A DNA stretch of 64,000 nt from Nannocystales bacterium (GTDB lineage Bacteria > Myxococcota_A > Polyangia > Nannocystales > Nannocystaceae). Under the pieces are notes generated by a model. It ran no database searches, was not told the origin of the DNA, and saw nothing but the letters and a program-made list of their open reading frames with translations. The DNA is taken from contig JBOEGF010000016.1 of the NCBI GenBank assembly GCA_050633305.1, forward strand, positions 1 to 64,000, written 5' to 3'. A program made the translations under genes and the position numbers. Below, piece after piece: positions 10,465 to 20,631 of the stretch (within the stretch, counting starts at the first letter, position 1; every line of letters starts with the position of its first letter).

Positions 10465-10917
10465 TCACCCTACAGGCGCCTGCACGGTCCAGCGCAAGAG
10501 GCCTGCCAATAGATGAAAGAGGAAGTACGCGAGCGCGGCGAAGACGTAGGCATTGAAGAACTGGAGGCCGAGCAGACTTCCGGCGAATCCGCCCATGACA
10601 ACGGCGCAAAGAAAGAGTGTCGGTAGGAGCAGCAAGCCCGCGACCAGTCGCGTCAGCCACAGGAGTCCTCGCCAGACGAGTGAGGTCGGGGTGGGTGGCT
10701 CGTAGAGTCGATCTCTTGAGAGGTCCCGCCATCGGGGATTCTCCGTCTCGGCGAGAGCCCGTTCACGTGGGCTGTCGTTCCGAGCGTGAATCTCGACGCT
10801 GCTCACTCCGCGAAACGGACCGTGGCGGTGCCGTTGGGCATCGTCGCGGAGTTCGATGGAGGGCATCATGTCTTGTCGAACCGGTGCGTTGGGGTCGCTG
10901 TTCCTGCGACGACGCAA
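10465..10917 (-). CDS. Hypothetical membrane protein
   Basis: Two C-terminal hydrophobic helices; start uncertain. Confidence 0.5.
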   Translation of the reverse strand: MRRRRNSDPNAPVRQDMMPSIELRDDAQRHRHGPFRGVSSVEIHARNDSPRERALAETENPRWRDLSRDRLYEPPTPTSLVWRGLLWLTRLVAGLLLLPTLFLCAVVMGGFAGSLLGLQFFNAYVFAALAYFLFHLLAGLLRWTVQAPVG

Positions 10918-10934
10918 CGTTTACTCTTGGGGCG

Positions 10935-11672
10935 ATGAAGACGGCGGTTTCTCTCGCAGCGCTTCTCTCCCTCACCGCATGTGATGCCGGCGACAAGCCG
11001 CCGGCCGCCAAAGGCCCGCAGTACACCCAGGAGCAGGTTGAGGCCCGGGCCGACGAGGTCTACGCGACGTTTCGGCAGCTCCACGACAACCTTCCTGACC
11101 CTTCCGCGGCCGCGGTGACGTGTCCCGACAGCGACATCAAGAAGTGGGCGGCCAAGAAGAACGAGGTGTCGTTCCTCGCGTATCAGAGTCTGCGTCACAC
11201 GCTTGGTGAGCCCTGGGATGGGAACAACAGCCTGGTGCGGTTCATGACCCGCTCGAACCTGCGCTATCCCACCCGCGAGAAGTTCGACTTGGGCAAGGAG
11301 CGCAACGTGAAGCAGCTGATGCGGATGTGGGAGTTCGTGGAATACGTTGGGGTCGTGGTCCCGCTCCAGGAGCGCCAGGCCAACGCAGTTGCGGGGGGAG
11401 TGGTGGGACGAGGGGGGGCGCTCGAAGCTCAACTCGTCATCTTCAAGAAGGGCGAGCCGGACCCAATCTGCCACTCGCCCTTCAAGGTCGAGTCTTCGGG
11501 CACCGCCAGCTACACGCACAAGGTCGGCGACAACAGCTCCGCGAAAGAGAGCAAGGCGACGATGGCGCTCAAGCGGGCACTGTGCGGTGAGATCAGCACG
11601 GGGCTCAAGGCGCTGATCGCCTCCTTGTCGAAGGAACTCGAGCCCGAGTTCATCGACTGCAACAGCGTCTGA
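10935..11672 (+). CDS. Hypothetical lipoprotein
   Basis: MKTAVSLAALLSLTA-C lipobox at ATG 10935 inside ORF 10617-11672. Confidence 0.75.
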   Translation: MKTAVSLAALLSLTACDAGDKPPAAKGPQYTQEQVEARADEVYATFRQLHDNLPDPSAAAVTCPDSDIKKWAAKKNEVSFLAYQSLRHTLGEPWDGNNSLVRFMTRSNLRYPTREKFDLGKERNVKQLMRMWEFVEYVGVVVPLQERQANAVAGGVVGRGGALEAQLVIFKKGEPDPICHSPFKVESSGTASYTHKVGDNSSAKESKATMALKRALCGEISTGLKALIASLSKELEPEFIDCNSV

Positions 11673-11681
11673 GGACGGCCG

Positions 11682-12413
11682 CTACGGCTTGCGCGCGCGC
11701 ACGCACAAGAAGCACGGCTCGCGGGTGAGCGTGGCGTGCAGGTTGGGGTTCACGCGCGCCATGGCTTTGGCGGGTTCGGGTTCGAGGACACGCTCGAGGA
11801 TGAAGCCGCCGAGGCCCAGTGGGTTCAACATCTGCTCGAGTGGCCGGCGGTAGGTCTCGACCCGGGGACGTGGGCTTCCGAAGCCGCCCCAATCGGAGGC
11901 GAACCGCTCGCGTTCGCGGTAGCGGGCCTCTGGGTTGTGCTTGGTCTGGACGAGCTTGTAGTCGCTCATCGGGTGACTGTGGGAGTAGATGAGGTGTCCG
12001 CCGGATCGCAGCACGCGTGCGAACTCCAGGAACACGGGATCCCAGTCCTCGATGTAGTCGAGCATCAAGGGGCAGACGACAACGTCGAACGAGGCGTCTT
12101 CGGCGAAGGTCAGCGGCTTGGCGAAGTCAGCGACGTGAAACTCGGCCCGGTTTTTCACGCGCTTTCGGGCGATCTCCACCATGGCTGGAGTGACGTCGGC
12201 GGCGACGACTTCGGCGCCTCGTTCGAGCAGCACCTCGGCGTACAGGCCTGGCCCACAGCCGCCGTCCAAGACTCGCTTGCCCTTCACGTCGGGGAGCAGC
12301 GAGAGCGTGGCCGGCCTCTCGTACATCGCGTTGTGGGGCTTGACCTCCGCGTACTTCGCGTAGCGGGTCGCAAACTGCTCGTAGTTCCGCTCTCCAAGAG
12401 GCTTACCGGACAC
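11682..12413 (-). CDS. Class I SAM-dependent methyltransferase
   Basis: NAMYERPA, RVLDGGCGPG motif I, DASFDVVVC, LRSGG. Confidence 0.9.
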   Translation of the reverse strand: MSGKPLGERNYEQFATRYAKYAEVKPHNAMYERPATLSLLPDVKGKRVLDGGCGPGLYAEVLLERGAEVVAADVTPAMVEIARKRVKNRAEFHVADFAKPLTFAEDASFDVVVCPLMLDYIEDWDPVFLEFARVLRSGGHLIYSHSHPMSDYKLVQTKHNPEARYRERERFASDWGGFGSPRPRVETYRRPLEQMLNPLGLGGFILERVLEPEPAKAMARVNPNLHATLTREPCFLCVRARKP

Positions 12414-12570
12414 GGCGGGGAGTCTAACGCGGCCAGAGCAGAAAGCTCAGGCCTCGCCACGTGTGCTCCCGCGGACGGATGGGGGCGTGATTCTCTGCCC
12501 ATCGAGGCGCTTGAACGCAACACACCCCGGGACGCCCTGACGCGCAGAGCCGCCCGGAGTGCGCTTGGGC

Positions 12571-14016
12571 TCAAACGCGCGCGTCGGAGCGTCGGCGCCT
12601 CAGTAGGCCGACCAATCCGAGCAACAGCCAGCTCGACCCGCCCGATCCTTCGCTGCGGCAGCCGCAACCGGAGTCGCCGTCGTCGGCTGGGGCCCCGGAA
12701 CTCTCGCCGTCGCCCGTACCGCCAGTGGACTCGGCGGCCGTGCCGGCCTCGCCATCGGATGTGTCATCGCCCGTGCTCGCGTCAGCGGCACCCGTGCTTG
12801 CCTCGGGGAGCGGCGGCAGCTCGGCACCGATCGCGACGCGGACGGTCTCGGATTCCCCGATGTTGCCGCCCCAATCCTCGGCGACGGCGGTGAGCTCGTA
12901 GACACCCGCAGGGAACTCGGCGCTGAACCCAAAGGGTGGCTCGCGCAGCTCGGCGGCCTGCTCCTGTCCGTTGATGGACAGACGCACGGCCCGGACGCCA
13001 TACCCGTCTCCGTCGTCAGCCTCGATGTCGATCTGAAGTTGCGAGGGCGCGTCGTCCAGCGTGCTCTCGGTCATCGGGTTGGTGATGCTGACGATCGGGG
13101 CGTCGTCGTCGGGGACGCTGTCGAACGCGGCGCCACAGGTCTCGCTTGGAGGGCTGACCTCGCCGAGACAGAAGTTGCTCCACTCGCGGTCGGGGTCGAG
13201 GGGATCCATCTCGAACCCCTGGCACAGACCGGTGGGGTTCCAGGTGCCGTCCGTGTCGTGGCAGGGCGTGATGTCGAGACCGGAGTCTTCCTCGATCCAC
13301 GGGACCCATTCGCTCATCACGGCGTACAGGTCTGCCCCGCCTCCGCATGGGGGCGGTCCACCGGACACCACGCCGAACACGTGCCAGCTGCCATCGGGAA
13401 ACTGAATGTAGGCCGGACCGCCCGAGTCACCACCGCATGCCGCGTCCTGGAAAGAACCGACGTAGACGCCGTCGGACAAGGATTCTCCGGGCATCCCGGC
13501 GACCCGGGTTTGTCGGTAGCGCTTGATGCCAAACCCGACATCGTCCTCTCCGTTGAAGTCGTTGTTCCCGATGCCAACGATCCACGCGTCTCGGCCGGTG
13601 GAGATGATCTCGGTCTCGCAGCCGTAGATGATCGGCGTGAACGGGATGTCGTACACGGGCTCTTCGAGCACACAGTAGGTGATGTCCTGTCCGTTGACCC
13701 CGTTGTTGAAGGAAGGATCGTACTCGGGGTTGCGTCGGCAGTAGTCGGTGGCGAGCAGCTGGGTCGGGGCGTTGACGGTGTTGCCCATGCGGAAGTCTGG
13801 CGGCCCGTCGCTGTCGCCCATGCAGTGCGCGGCCGTGATGACGACGTGCGGACTGACCAGCGTCGCGGTGCAGCCACCCATCATCAGCGTGGTGGGAAAC
13901 TGGCAGCCGTTGGTCTCGGTGCCGTCATAGATGTGCGGAACGGGCTCGACTGGCTCCGGGCCTTGCCACGTTGGGGACAGCGCCAGCAGGGCTACGGTCG
14001 AGAGGGGAACAAGCAC
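12571..14016 (-). CDS. Trypsin-like serine protease with Ig-like domain and MYXO-CTERM sorting signal
   Basis: ITAAHC (His), QDIT (Asp), CGGDSGGP (Ser); PIVSITNP Big-like domain; C-terminal SGCGCRS...WLLLGLVGLLRRRR; start GTG 14016 inferred. Confidence 0.9.
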   Translation of the reverse strand: MLVPLSTVALLALSPTWQGPEPVEPVPHIYDGTETNGCQFPTTLMMGGCTATLVSPHVVITAAHCMGDSDGPPDFRMGNTVNAPTQLLATDYCRRNPEYDPSFNNGVNGQDITYCVLEEPVYDIPFTPIIYGCETEIISTGRDAWIVGIGNNDFNGEDDVGFGIKRYRQTRVAGMPGESLSDGVYVGSFQDAACGGDSGGPAYIQFPDGSWHVFGVVSGGPPPCGGGADLYAVMSEWVPWIEEDSGLDITPCHDTDGTWNPTGLCQGFEMDPLDPDREWSNFCLGEVSPPSETCGAAFDSVPDDDAPIVSITNPMTESTLDDAPSQLQIDIEADDGDGYGVRAVRLSINGQEQAAELREPPFGFSAEFPAGVYELTAVAEDWGGNIGESETVRVAIGAELPPLPEASTGAADASTGDDTSDGEAGTAAESTGGTGDGESSGAPADDGDSGCGCRSEGSGGSSWLLLGLVGLLRRRRSDARV

Positions 14017-14204
14017 CGCCCGAGGATAGTCGACCCTCGAAGGCTCGTAGACATCGCCGCTTGATTCGTGGTGTGCGGGATAGATCTGCGGGTTGGTCGA
14101 CGGCGCCCTGGCGACGGCGCAGGCACCGCGACGGTCGCGGGGATACAAACCGACACAAAGCAGTACACAGTCACGGGTGTGTGCAAGGCTCGGCTCGCTA
14201 GCCT

Positions 14205-14846
14205 TTGGATGTGTCGCAGCTTCGCGAATTGAAGGTCCTTTGGGTGCTGGCTTTGGGTCTTGTCGCGGGTTGCCGCGGGGGGTCCTCGGCGGAGCCGAAC
14301 GACAACACGAGTTCGACGGGGTCGACCAGTTCGGCGAGCGTCGCCGGGAGCTCGGAGGGCGGTGGCAGCAGCGTCACCTCCAGCAGTGGGTCCGACAGCA
14401 GCTCCAGCGGGGAGTCCTCCGACGCCTCGTCGAGCTCGGGAGAAGCGTGCGTTGCTGTGCTCGAGCCGCTGCCTCCGGAGCTCCTGCCGCGCTGCACCAA
14501 CGAGACGCTCGTGTGCGCCGCGGGATGTGGAGAGGAGGACATCGATTGCATCGACGCGTGTTTGCAAGAGGACACGACACCGCCCGAGCCCATCACGGGC
14601 GTCGACTGCTCGAGCTGTTCCATCGTTCAACTCCTGGCGTGTTCCGACCCTGCCTGCCACGACGAGAACGCGGCGTTCATGTGCTGCAACGCGGCGTGTG
14701 AGGGACAGGACTGCGCCGAGGACGCGTGCGAAGCCGAGCTCTCGGCGGCGTTCGAGTGCGCGGTGTTCTCGGCGGCGCCCTGTTTGGAGGCCAACGCGGC
14801 GGGCACCGATGGGTGTTTTCCGGCCGAGGATGACGCGGCCCGATGA
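14205..14846 (+). CDS. Cys-rich lipoprotein
   Basis: LALGLVAG-C, Ser-rich linker, many CxxxC helical motifs; start approximate. Confidence 0.7.
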   Translation: MDVSQLRELKVLWVLALGLVAGCRGGSSAEPNDNTSSTGSTSSASVAGSSEGGGSSVTSSSGSDSSSSGESSDASSSSGEACVAVLEPLPPELLPRCTNETLVCAAGCGEEDIDCIDACLQEDTTPPEPITGVDCSSCSIVQLLACSDPACHDENAAFMCCNAACEGQDCAEDACEAELSAAFECAVFSAAPCLEANAAGTDGCFPAEDDAAR

Positions 14847-14895
14847 GGTTCACGTCACCACGTTGGTGGTCCGGCGGTGCTAGGTTCATCGCTCG

Positions 14896-15588
14896 ATGTC
14901 CCGCGTGCTCATCGTCGAAGACGACAGCACTCTGGCCAATCTCACGGCCGAGTATCTACGTCCGCAGGGATTCGAGGTGGCGATCGAGTCCCACGGCAGC
15001 CGCGCGAACGAACGCGCGCGAGCGTTTGGCCCCGACGCGGTGATCCTCGACATCGGACTCCCGGGTCTGGATGGGCTCAGCGTCTGCAGGCAGCTGCGAC
15101 AGTGGTACGTGGGGCCAATCCTGGTTCTCACCGCCCGAGGCGACGAGGCGGACGAGGTCGCAGGGCTGGAGATCGGCGCGGACGACTACGTCTCCAAGCC
15201 GGTCAAGCCCCGCGTGTTGCTGGCCCGACTGCGAGCGCTGTTGCGGCGCCACCGAGGTCACGACTCCGCACTCGCCGAAGCCCACGAGTTGCGGGTCGGT
15301 CCGCTGCGAGTCGATGCTTCCCGGCGAACGGTGTGCTTGGGCGAGCAGCTCTTCGAGCTGACAACCTCCGAGTTCGACTTGATGTGGTTCTTCGCTCAGA
15401 ACGCGGGGCAAGTGCTGACGCGTGACGCCATCCTGCAGGCGACGCGAGGCATCGGCTACGACGGGCTCGACCGTTCTTTGGACCTCAGCATCTCGCGGTT
15501 GCGGAAGAAACTCGCCGCCCACGCTGGCGGCGGCCAACTCATCAAGTCCGTGCGAGGCGTCGGATACATCCTCGCGCCGCCCCCATGA
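14896..15588 (+). CDS. OmpR-family response regulator (RstA-like)
   Basis: VLIVEDD, ILDIGLP, GADDYVSKP, winged helix DRSLDLSISRLRKK...IKSVRGVGY. Confidence 0.95.
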   Translation: MSRVLIVEDDSTLANLTAEYLRPQGFEVAIESHGSRANERARAFGPDAVILDIGLPGLDGLSVCRQLRQWYVGPILVLTARGDEADEVAGLEIGADDYVSKPVKPRVLLARLRALLRRHRGHDSALAEAHELRVGPLRVDASRRTVCLGEQLFELTTSEFDLMWFFAQNAGQVLTRDAILQATRGIGYDGLDRSLDLSISRLRKKLAAHAGGGQLIKSVRGVGYILAPPP

Positions 15589-16892
15589 ACTCCACATTCG
15601 GCCGGCTGCTGCTCGCCAGCCTCGTTGCGTTCGTCGTGGCAGGCATGCTCGCGGTCAACATCCTGTGGTGGGAGGACCCGTATGCCGATCCCGGCGTTGT
15701 CGAGAGCGCGATGAGGCCTGGTCTCCACCTTGCTCGCGCCGAGCTCTCCGAGCTGCCCGAGGCGAAGAAGTCCGTTCGCCTGCGCGACATGTCTGTGTTG
15801 TTCGAGGGGGGAATCGAGTTCGCACCCACCGCAGAGCTTCCCTCGCATGTCCGGCGACGCTTGGAGATGGAGCGCGACGTCGTCTCGTGGTTCACCGCCG
15901 AGGAGCATGGCTTCGTTGCGCTGCCCATCGACGAGACGACGGTACTTCTGCAGGGCCCGCTGGACGAGTTCCGGATGCCGTCTTTTCCGCGCTGGATCTT
16001 GGCGCTGTTCTCCGTGCTTCTGGTGTTTGGCACGGCGACGTACATCGCACTGCATCCACTCCTTGGGCACCTTCGTGACCTGCAGAAAGCGTCGCTCGAG
16101 GTGAGCCGAGGAGCCTTCTCCGCCCGCGTTCCGGAGCAGGGACCACCCCACCGGCAAGAGGTCGCGCGCGCGTTCAACCGCATGGTCGAGAGGCTCACGC
16201 GCACCCTCGGAGCACAGGCTGAGCTGCTGCGGAGCGTCTCTCACGAACTCCGCACGCCGCTCGCTCGCCTCCACTTCCGGACCGAGCTTCTTCAATCGGC
16301 CGCCGATGAAGAGGCCCGCCGCGCCCACGCCTTGGCGCTCGACGACGACATCACGGCCCTGGACGGTCTGGTGGGGGAGCTGCTCCAGGATGCATGGTTG
16401 CAGCACGCGGGCACGGCCGTGGTGGAGACCGTGGTGGTCGCAGAGTTTCTCGAGAAACTCGTCGCCGCGCGGGAGCTTCCGGGTGTGCACTCGGACCTGC
16501 GCATCGAGGTCTCCGCGGCGGGGGACGTCACGCTCGAGGTGGAGCCGACGGTGCTCTCCCGAGCGTTGGGCAACCTCCTGTCCAATGCGCTCCGCTACGC
16601 GGTCTCGGTCGTTCGCATCACCGCCGAGCCGGCCGAGGGCGGAGTCTCGTTCAGGGTCGAAGACGACGGGCCAGGCATCGAAGCCGATGCCCGCACTCGC
16701 GCGTTTCTTCCCTTCGAAAAGGCGGAGCAGCACCGTGAGGGCCGCGACGGCGGAACCGGTCTCGGGCTGTCGATTGTGCGCGGGTTGGTCGCCTCCCAAG
16801 GGGGCGAGATCGGGGTCGGCGACAGTGCGCTGGGCGGTTGCAGCATGGATGTGTTCTGGCCCACAGCCCGGATACACTCCGATACAGACTGA
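15585..16892 (+). CDS. Sensor histidine kinase (2 TM, HAMP, HisKA, HATPase)
   Basis: VSHELRTPL, NLLSNALRY, VEDDGPGI, GGTGLGL; ATGA overlap with the regulator. Confidence 0.95.
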   Translation: MNSTFGRLLLASLVAFVVAGMLAVNILWWEDPYADPGVVESAMRPGLHLARAELSELPEAKKSVRLRDMSVLFEGGIEFAPTAELPSHVRRRLEMERDVVSWFTAEEHGFVALPIDETTVLLQGPLDEFRMPSFPRWILALFSVLLVFGTATYIALHPLLGHLRDLQKASLEVSRGAFSARVPEQGPPHRQEVARAFNRMVERLTRTLGAQAELLRSVSHELRTPLARLHFRTELLQSAADEEARRAHALALDDDITALDGLVGELLQDAWLQHAGTAVVETVVVAEFLEKLVAARELPGVHSDLRIEVSAAGDVTLEVEPTVLSRALGNLLSNALRYAVSVVRITAEPAEGGVSFRVEDDGPGIEADARTRAFLPFEKAEQHREGRDGGTGLGLSIVRGLVASQGGEIGVGDSALGGCSMDVFWPTARIHSDTD

Positions 16893-16940
16893 GCCCGTTT
16901 GCCAACGGACTCGCCCGGTCGGGACTCGCACACTGAGTTC

Positions 16941-18425
16941 ATGCCGATGAGCGACACAAGCAGGCTGCGCATGGCCTGCACCCTCGCCATCGTCGCGGTT
17001 TCACTGCTGCCGGGGTCCGCCGCGGCGCGCCCCAGTGCTCCCGCGGCGTTCTGCGAGGCCTTCCCCGACGCGCCCGCCTGTGAAGGCGCTGTGCCCACCT
17101 GCGCGACCTGTCACACCACGCCGCCTGCTCTGAACGTCTTTGGGCGTCAGGTTGCCGAGGCCCTTGGATCCCAGAGCGGGACGTGGGACGACGCCACGTT
17201 TGCCACCGGGGTCGAGAAAGCGCTGACCGAGATCAGCGCCCTGGATGCCGATGAGGACGGGGCCGACAACGGCACCGAGATCGCGGCGGGAACGGTTCCG
17301 GCCGATGCCAGCAGCCACCCCGTCGCGGCTATGTGCCTCGACGACGCAGACCGCAGCGCCTGGTCCTACGACACCTGCGCCTACGACCCTCGCTATGTTC
17401 TGCGGAAGGTGCAGCTCGACGTCTGCGGCACGCTTCCCACCCGCGATGCGTTCGACAGCATCGCCGAGTCCGACGATCCCCGGGCCAAGATTCACGACGT
17501 GCTCGACGACTGCCTGCAGACCCCGAACTGGCGCGGGAACGACGGGGTGGTGTGGAACATGGCGAACACCCGGATTCTTCCCGACGCTGCGACGAAGGCG
17601 GGCGAGAACGCAGGCGACATCCCGCTGGGAGACTACGAGGACGACTACAACCTGTTCGTCTACACGCAGATCGATGGCCGGGATGCTCGCGAGTTGCTGA
17701 CCGCCGACTATTTCGTCGCGCGGGATGACGCCCTCACCGCGTACACCCCGTACGAGCGCACGATCTTCGAAGACTTCGAGCTCCGAGGGGCTGATGCCGC
17801 GCAGTTTGTCGGAAAGAGCCGTCGCGCTGGAATGCTCACCACGCGCTGGTTTTTGGTGAACTTCGTCATGTTCACGGCGGTTCCTCGCACGGCCGCTGCG
17901 CAGGCCTACCGCTCCTACCTGGGATACGACATCGCGAAGATGGAGGGCCTGAGCGACGTCGCTTCCGAGCCCGCAGACTACGACGCGAAGGGCGTTGCGG
18001 AGCCTGCATGCGCCACCTGTCACGCCACGCTCGACCCGCTCACTTATCCCTTCTCGCGCTACGACGGACTCGGCGGCGGAGACCGATTGGATGAAGACGT
18101 CATCCCCGGTTCCTACAATCCGTATCGGCTGGACTTCTTCGTGGCCAGCGATGGTCCGCGGGTGCTGGATATGCCGGAGCGCGGAGTCCTGCTTGGACAG
18201 GACGTCGCGGACCTCCGAGAGTGGGGGGAAGTTGCCGCCAACAGCGACGAGTTCGCTCGCGCCATGGTCCAGGGATACTGGGAGTACTTCCTTGGAGAAC
18301 CTCCCAGACCCGACGAGGCTGGAGAGTTCGAGACGCTCTGGCGCCGATTCTCGCGACAACACGGATACAGCGTCGACGCGATGCTTCACGACCTCGTCAT
18401 GACGGAGGCCTACGGTGTCCCTTAG
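16941..18425 (+). CDS. Secreted di-heme c-type cytochrome-like protein
   Basis: Signal peptide; two CATCH motifs; DADEDG Ca-binding-like loop; RAGMLTT and CATCHATLDP resemble DUF1588/PSD-type modules. Confidence 0.7.
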   Translation: MPMSDTSRLRMACTLAIVAVSLLPGSAAARPSAPAAFCEAFPDAPACEGAVPTCATCHTTPPALNVFGRQVAEALGSQSGTWDDATFATGVEKALTEISALDADEDGADNGTEIAAGTVPADASSHPVAAMCLDDADRSAWSYDTCAYDPRYVLRKVQLDVCGTLPTRDAFDSIAESDDPRAKIHDVLDDCLQTPNWRGNDGVVWNMANTRILPDAATKAGENAGDIPLGDYEDDYNLFVYTQIDGRDARELLTADYFVARDDALTAYTPYERTIFEDFELRGADAAQFVGKSRRAGMLTTRWFLVNFVMFTAVPRTAAAQAYRSYLGYDIAKMEGLSDVASEPADYDAKGVAEPACATCHATLDPLTYPFSRYDGLGGGDRLDEDVIPGSYNPYRLDFFVASDGPRVLDMPERGVLLGQDVADLREWGEVAANSDEFARAMVQGYWEYFLGEPPRPDEAGEFETLWRRFSRQHGYSVDAMLHDLVMTEAYGVP

Positions 18426-19029
18426 GTTCAAAACTGCCACCCTCCTGCTCGTTCTTGCTGGATGCAAGGACGCCCCTGTTTCCCCTTCACCCGAGGAACC
18501 CTCCGCCTCTTCGAAGCCGCGTGTGCGAGCCAAGAATGGCCGTCGATTTGCACAGCAGCTCTCCGGAGCGCTGGAGCTTTCACAAGACGAGCTGTGCTCG
18601 GAGCTTGGCCTGTACGACTGTGTCGAAGAGGCACACCTGGTGGTCATGGGCGGCGTGGACCCGGCGGGGTTGGGGGTGGCGGTGCCTTTACCTGTCGCGC
18701 CGGTGACCGCACCGATCGCCTATGACCGGGTTGCCCTCAACGCCTGTCTCGAACGTGCCGAGCAAGACTTCCAAGCACCCGAAGATGCGGTGTTGTTTGC
18801 AGGCCTGACAACGCCGGAGGTGTCCGCGGAAACGCGAGACAGCGTGGTCTCAGAGCTTTACCAGCGCTTGCTTCACAGGGACGCCACCGAGCTCGAGAGG
18901 GAGAGCCTCTCGGCATTCTTCACCGACACCGTTCTCCCGCATACGTCCGACCCGCGCGAGGCGTACCAGCAATGGGCGGGTCTGAGCTGTTTTGCGGTCG
19001 CGACCACTTCCGAGAGCCTTTTCTACTGA
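18415..19029 (+). CDS. Lipoprotein in the DUF1501 operon
   Basis: LLLVLAG-C lipobox; overlaps upstream gene by 11 nt. Confidence 0.75.
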   Translation: MSLRFKTATLLLVLAGCKDAPVSPSPEEPSASSKPRVRAKNGRRFAQQLSGALELSQDELCSELGLYDCVEEAHLVVMGGVDPAGLGVAVPLPVAPVTAPIAYDRVALNACLERAEQDFQAPEDAVLFAGLTTPEVSAETRDSVVSELYQRLLHRDATELERESLSAFFTDTVLPHTSDPREAYQQWAGLSCFAVATTSESLFY

Positions 19030-19044
19030 TCTGGAGCCGAGCCA

Positions 19045-20610
19045 ATGTCCGACAAATCCCGTTCTCGTCATCTCACCCGTCGCGGCATGCTGCGTGCCAC
19101 CGCTGCGGCCGCTGTTGCTCCCACGCTGTGGCTCAAGGGCGAACAGGTCTCTCGGGCCGCGCAGTCGTCCGACGACCCCCGGTTCCTGATCGTGTTCGCG
19201 GCAGGCGGCGGTGCTTCGATCATCGACGGCCCGATGGCGATCCGGGCCTCGGAGAGCGCCCACGCGGCGACGCTCAACACCTTCGAAGACCCTCTGGTGC
19301 ATTCGATTCGCGACAGCCCGTTCCGTGCGGTCGACCTGGACCGCAACGACTTGGGCTCGATCTCGGTACCCGTGAAGACGCGGCAGTCGGAGTTCATCCG
19401 CAACCACCACCGGGACATGATGGTCGCCACATGGACGCGCACGAGCGTGAACCACGCGATCGGTCAGCGGCGCTCTGTCACGGGCAACGAAGCCTGGGCT
19501 GGCCGCACTCTTCAGGAAATGGCTGCGCTGACGTATGGAGCGGACGCTCCGATTCCGAACGTGCATCTAAGCGGGGCAGGAGCGTTCGGGGGGCGAGGGA
19601 CTGACGACAGCCTGCCCAGTTGGTGTTTTGGCGAGACGGTGTCGGAGCCCGCGCTGTGGCCGTTGTCGTTGGATGGAATTCGGGGCCTCGACCGGGACAT
19701 TCCCCGCGAGCTGGTGAACGAGGCCCGAGCGCTCCGCAACGACGTGCTCGATCCAAGCTCGGACTTCGTCAAAGTATTCGGCGAAAGCCGTCGGCTTCGG
19801 CACTGGCACAGCCTCCGCGGTCGGCCCCAGCAGCGGCTGGAGGCGAGCGGTTTGCTGGAGAAACTGCTGATCTTCGGACACTCGGAGGACTACCCGATCG
19901 AGTCCTACGGATTGGCGACCAACCCAGAGACCACGCAACTGCGTGAGGTCTTCCCCAACCTCGAGAGCGACCCCTTCGAGACTCAAGCGGCGATGGCCTA
20001 CTTGATGCTGCAACATCGCGTCGCGACTACGGTCAGCTTGGGCCCCAGCGCCGCCTTCATCGCCCGTGGGGATCTCGAAATCGATTTCTACGGAGACTCG
20101 GGGACGCCGACCGACGGCTCCACCCAGTTTCAAGCCGGGGACATCATCAATCCTCCGCTGGCCTTCGACTTCTCCCATCAGGCCCACCGATCGACGCAGG
20201 CTTTCATGTGGGACCGGATCTACAAGGCCGCAGACGGACTGATTCGCCTGCTGAAAGCCCGCGAGTTCCGAAACGGTGAGAGCTTCTGGGACCGTACGAT
20301 GATCGTGATCGCCTCGGACTTCGGGCGCTCGAAGACCCGGCCGCAGGGGGCTCGAGAGTTCGGCACCGCGCACGACCTCAACAACGGGATGGTCGTGCTC
20401 AGCCCAATGGTCGCGGGCAATCAGGTGCTGGGAGGCGTGGACCCCGACACGGCGATGACCTACGGGTTCGATCCGATGACGGGCGCTCCGCAGAGGGATC
20501 GGACGATGACTGAGCCGGAGATCTTCGCGGGCTTGCTGCAGGCGCTGGGCGTGGACACCACAGACTCGGGCCTCCCGAACGTCCCCGCGATGCGCCGGTT
20601 TCGTGGCTGA
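19045..20610 (+). CDS. Tat-exported DUF1501-family protein
   Basis: LTRRGML Tat motif; FLIVFAAGGGAS; FDFSH; TMIVIASDFGRS; GTAHD. Confidence 0.8.
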   Translation: MSDKSRSRHLTRRGMLRATAAAAVAPTLWLKGEQVSRAAQSSDDPRFLIVFAAGGGASIIDGPMAIRASESAHAATLNTFEDPLVHSIRDSPFRAVDLDRNDLGSISVPVKTRQSEFIRNHHRDMMVATWTRTSVNHAIGQRRSVTGNEAWAGRTLQEMAALTYGADAPIPNVHLSGAGAFGGRGTDDSLPSWCFGETVSEPALWPLSLDGIRGLDRDIPRELVNEARALRNDVLDPSSDFVKVFGESRRLRHWHSLRGRPQQRLEASGLLEKLLIFGHSEDYPIESYGLATNPETTQLREVFPNLESDPFETQAAMAYLMLQHRVATTVSLGPSAAFIARGDLEIDFYGDSGTPTDGSTQFQAGDIINPPLAFDFSHQAHRSTQAFMWDRIYKAADGLIRLLKAREFRNGESFWDRTMIVIASDFGRSKTRPQGAREFGTAHDLNNGMVVLSPMVAGNQVLGGVDPDTAMTYGFDPMTGAPQRDRTMTEPEIFAGLLQALGVDTTDSGLPNVPAMRRFRG

Positions 20611-20631
20611 CCGAATCCCGGACGGGTTGCC

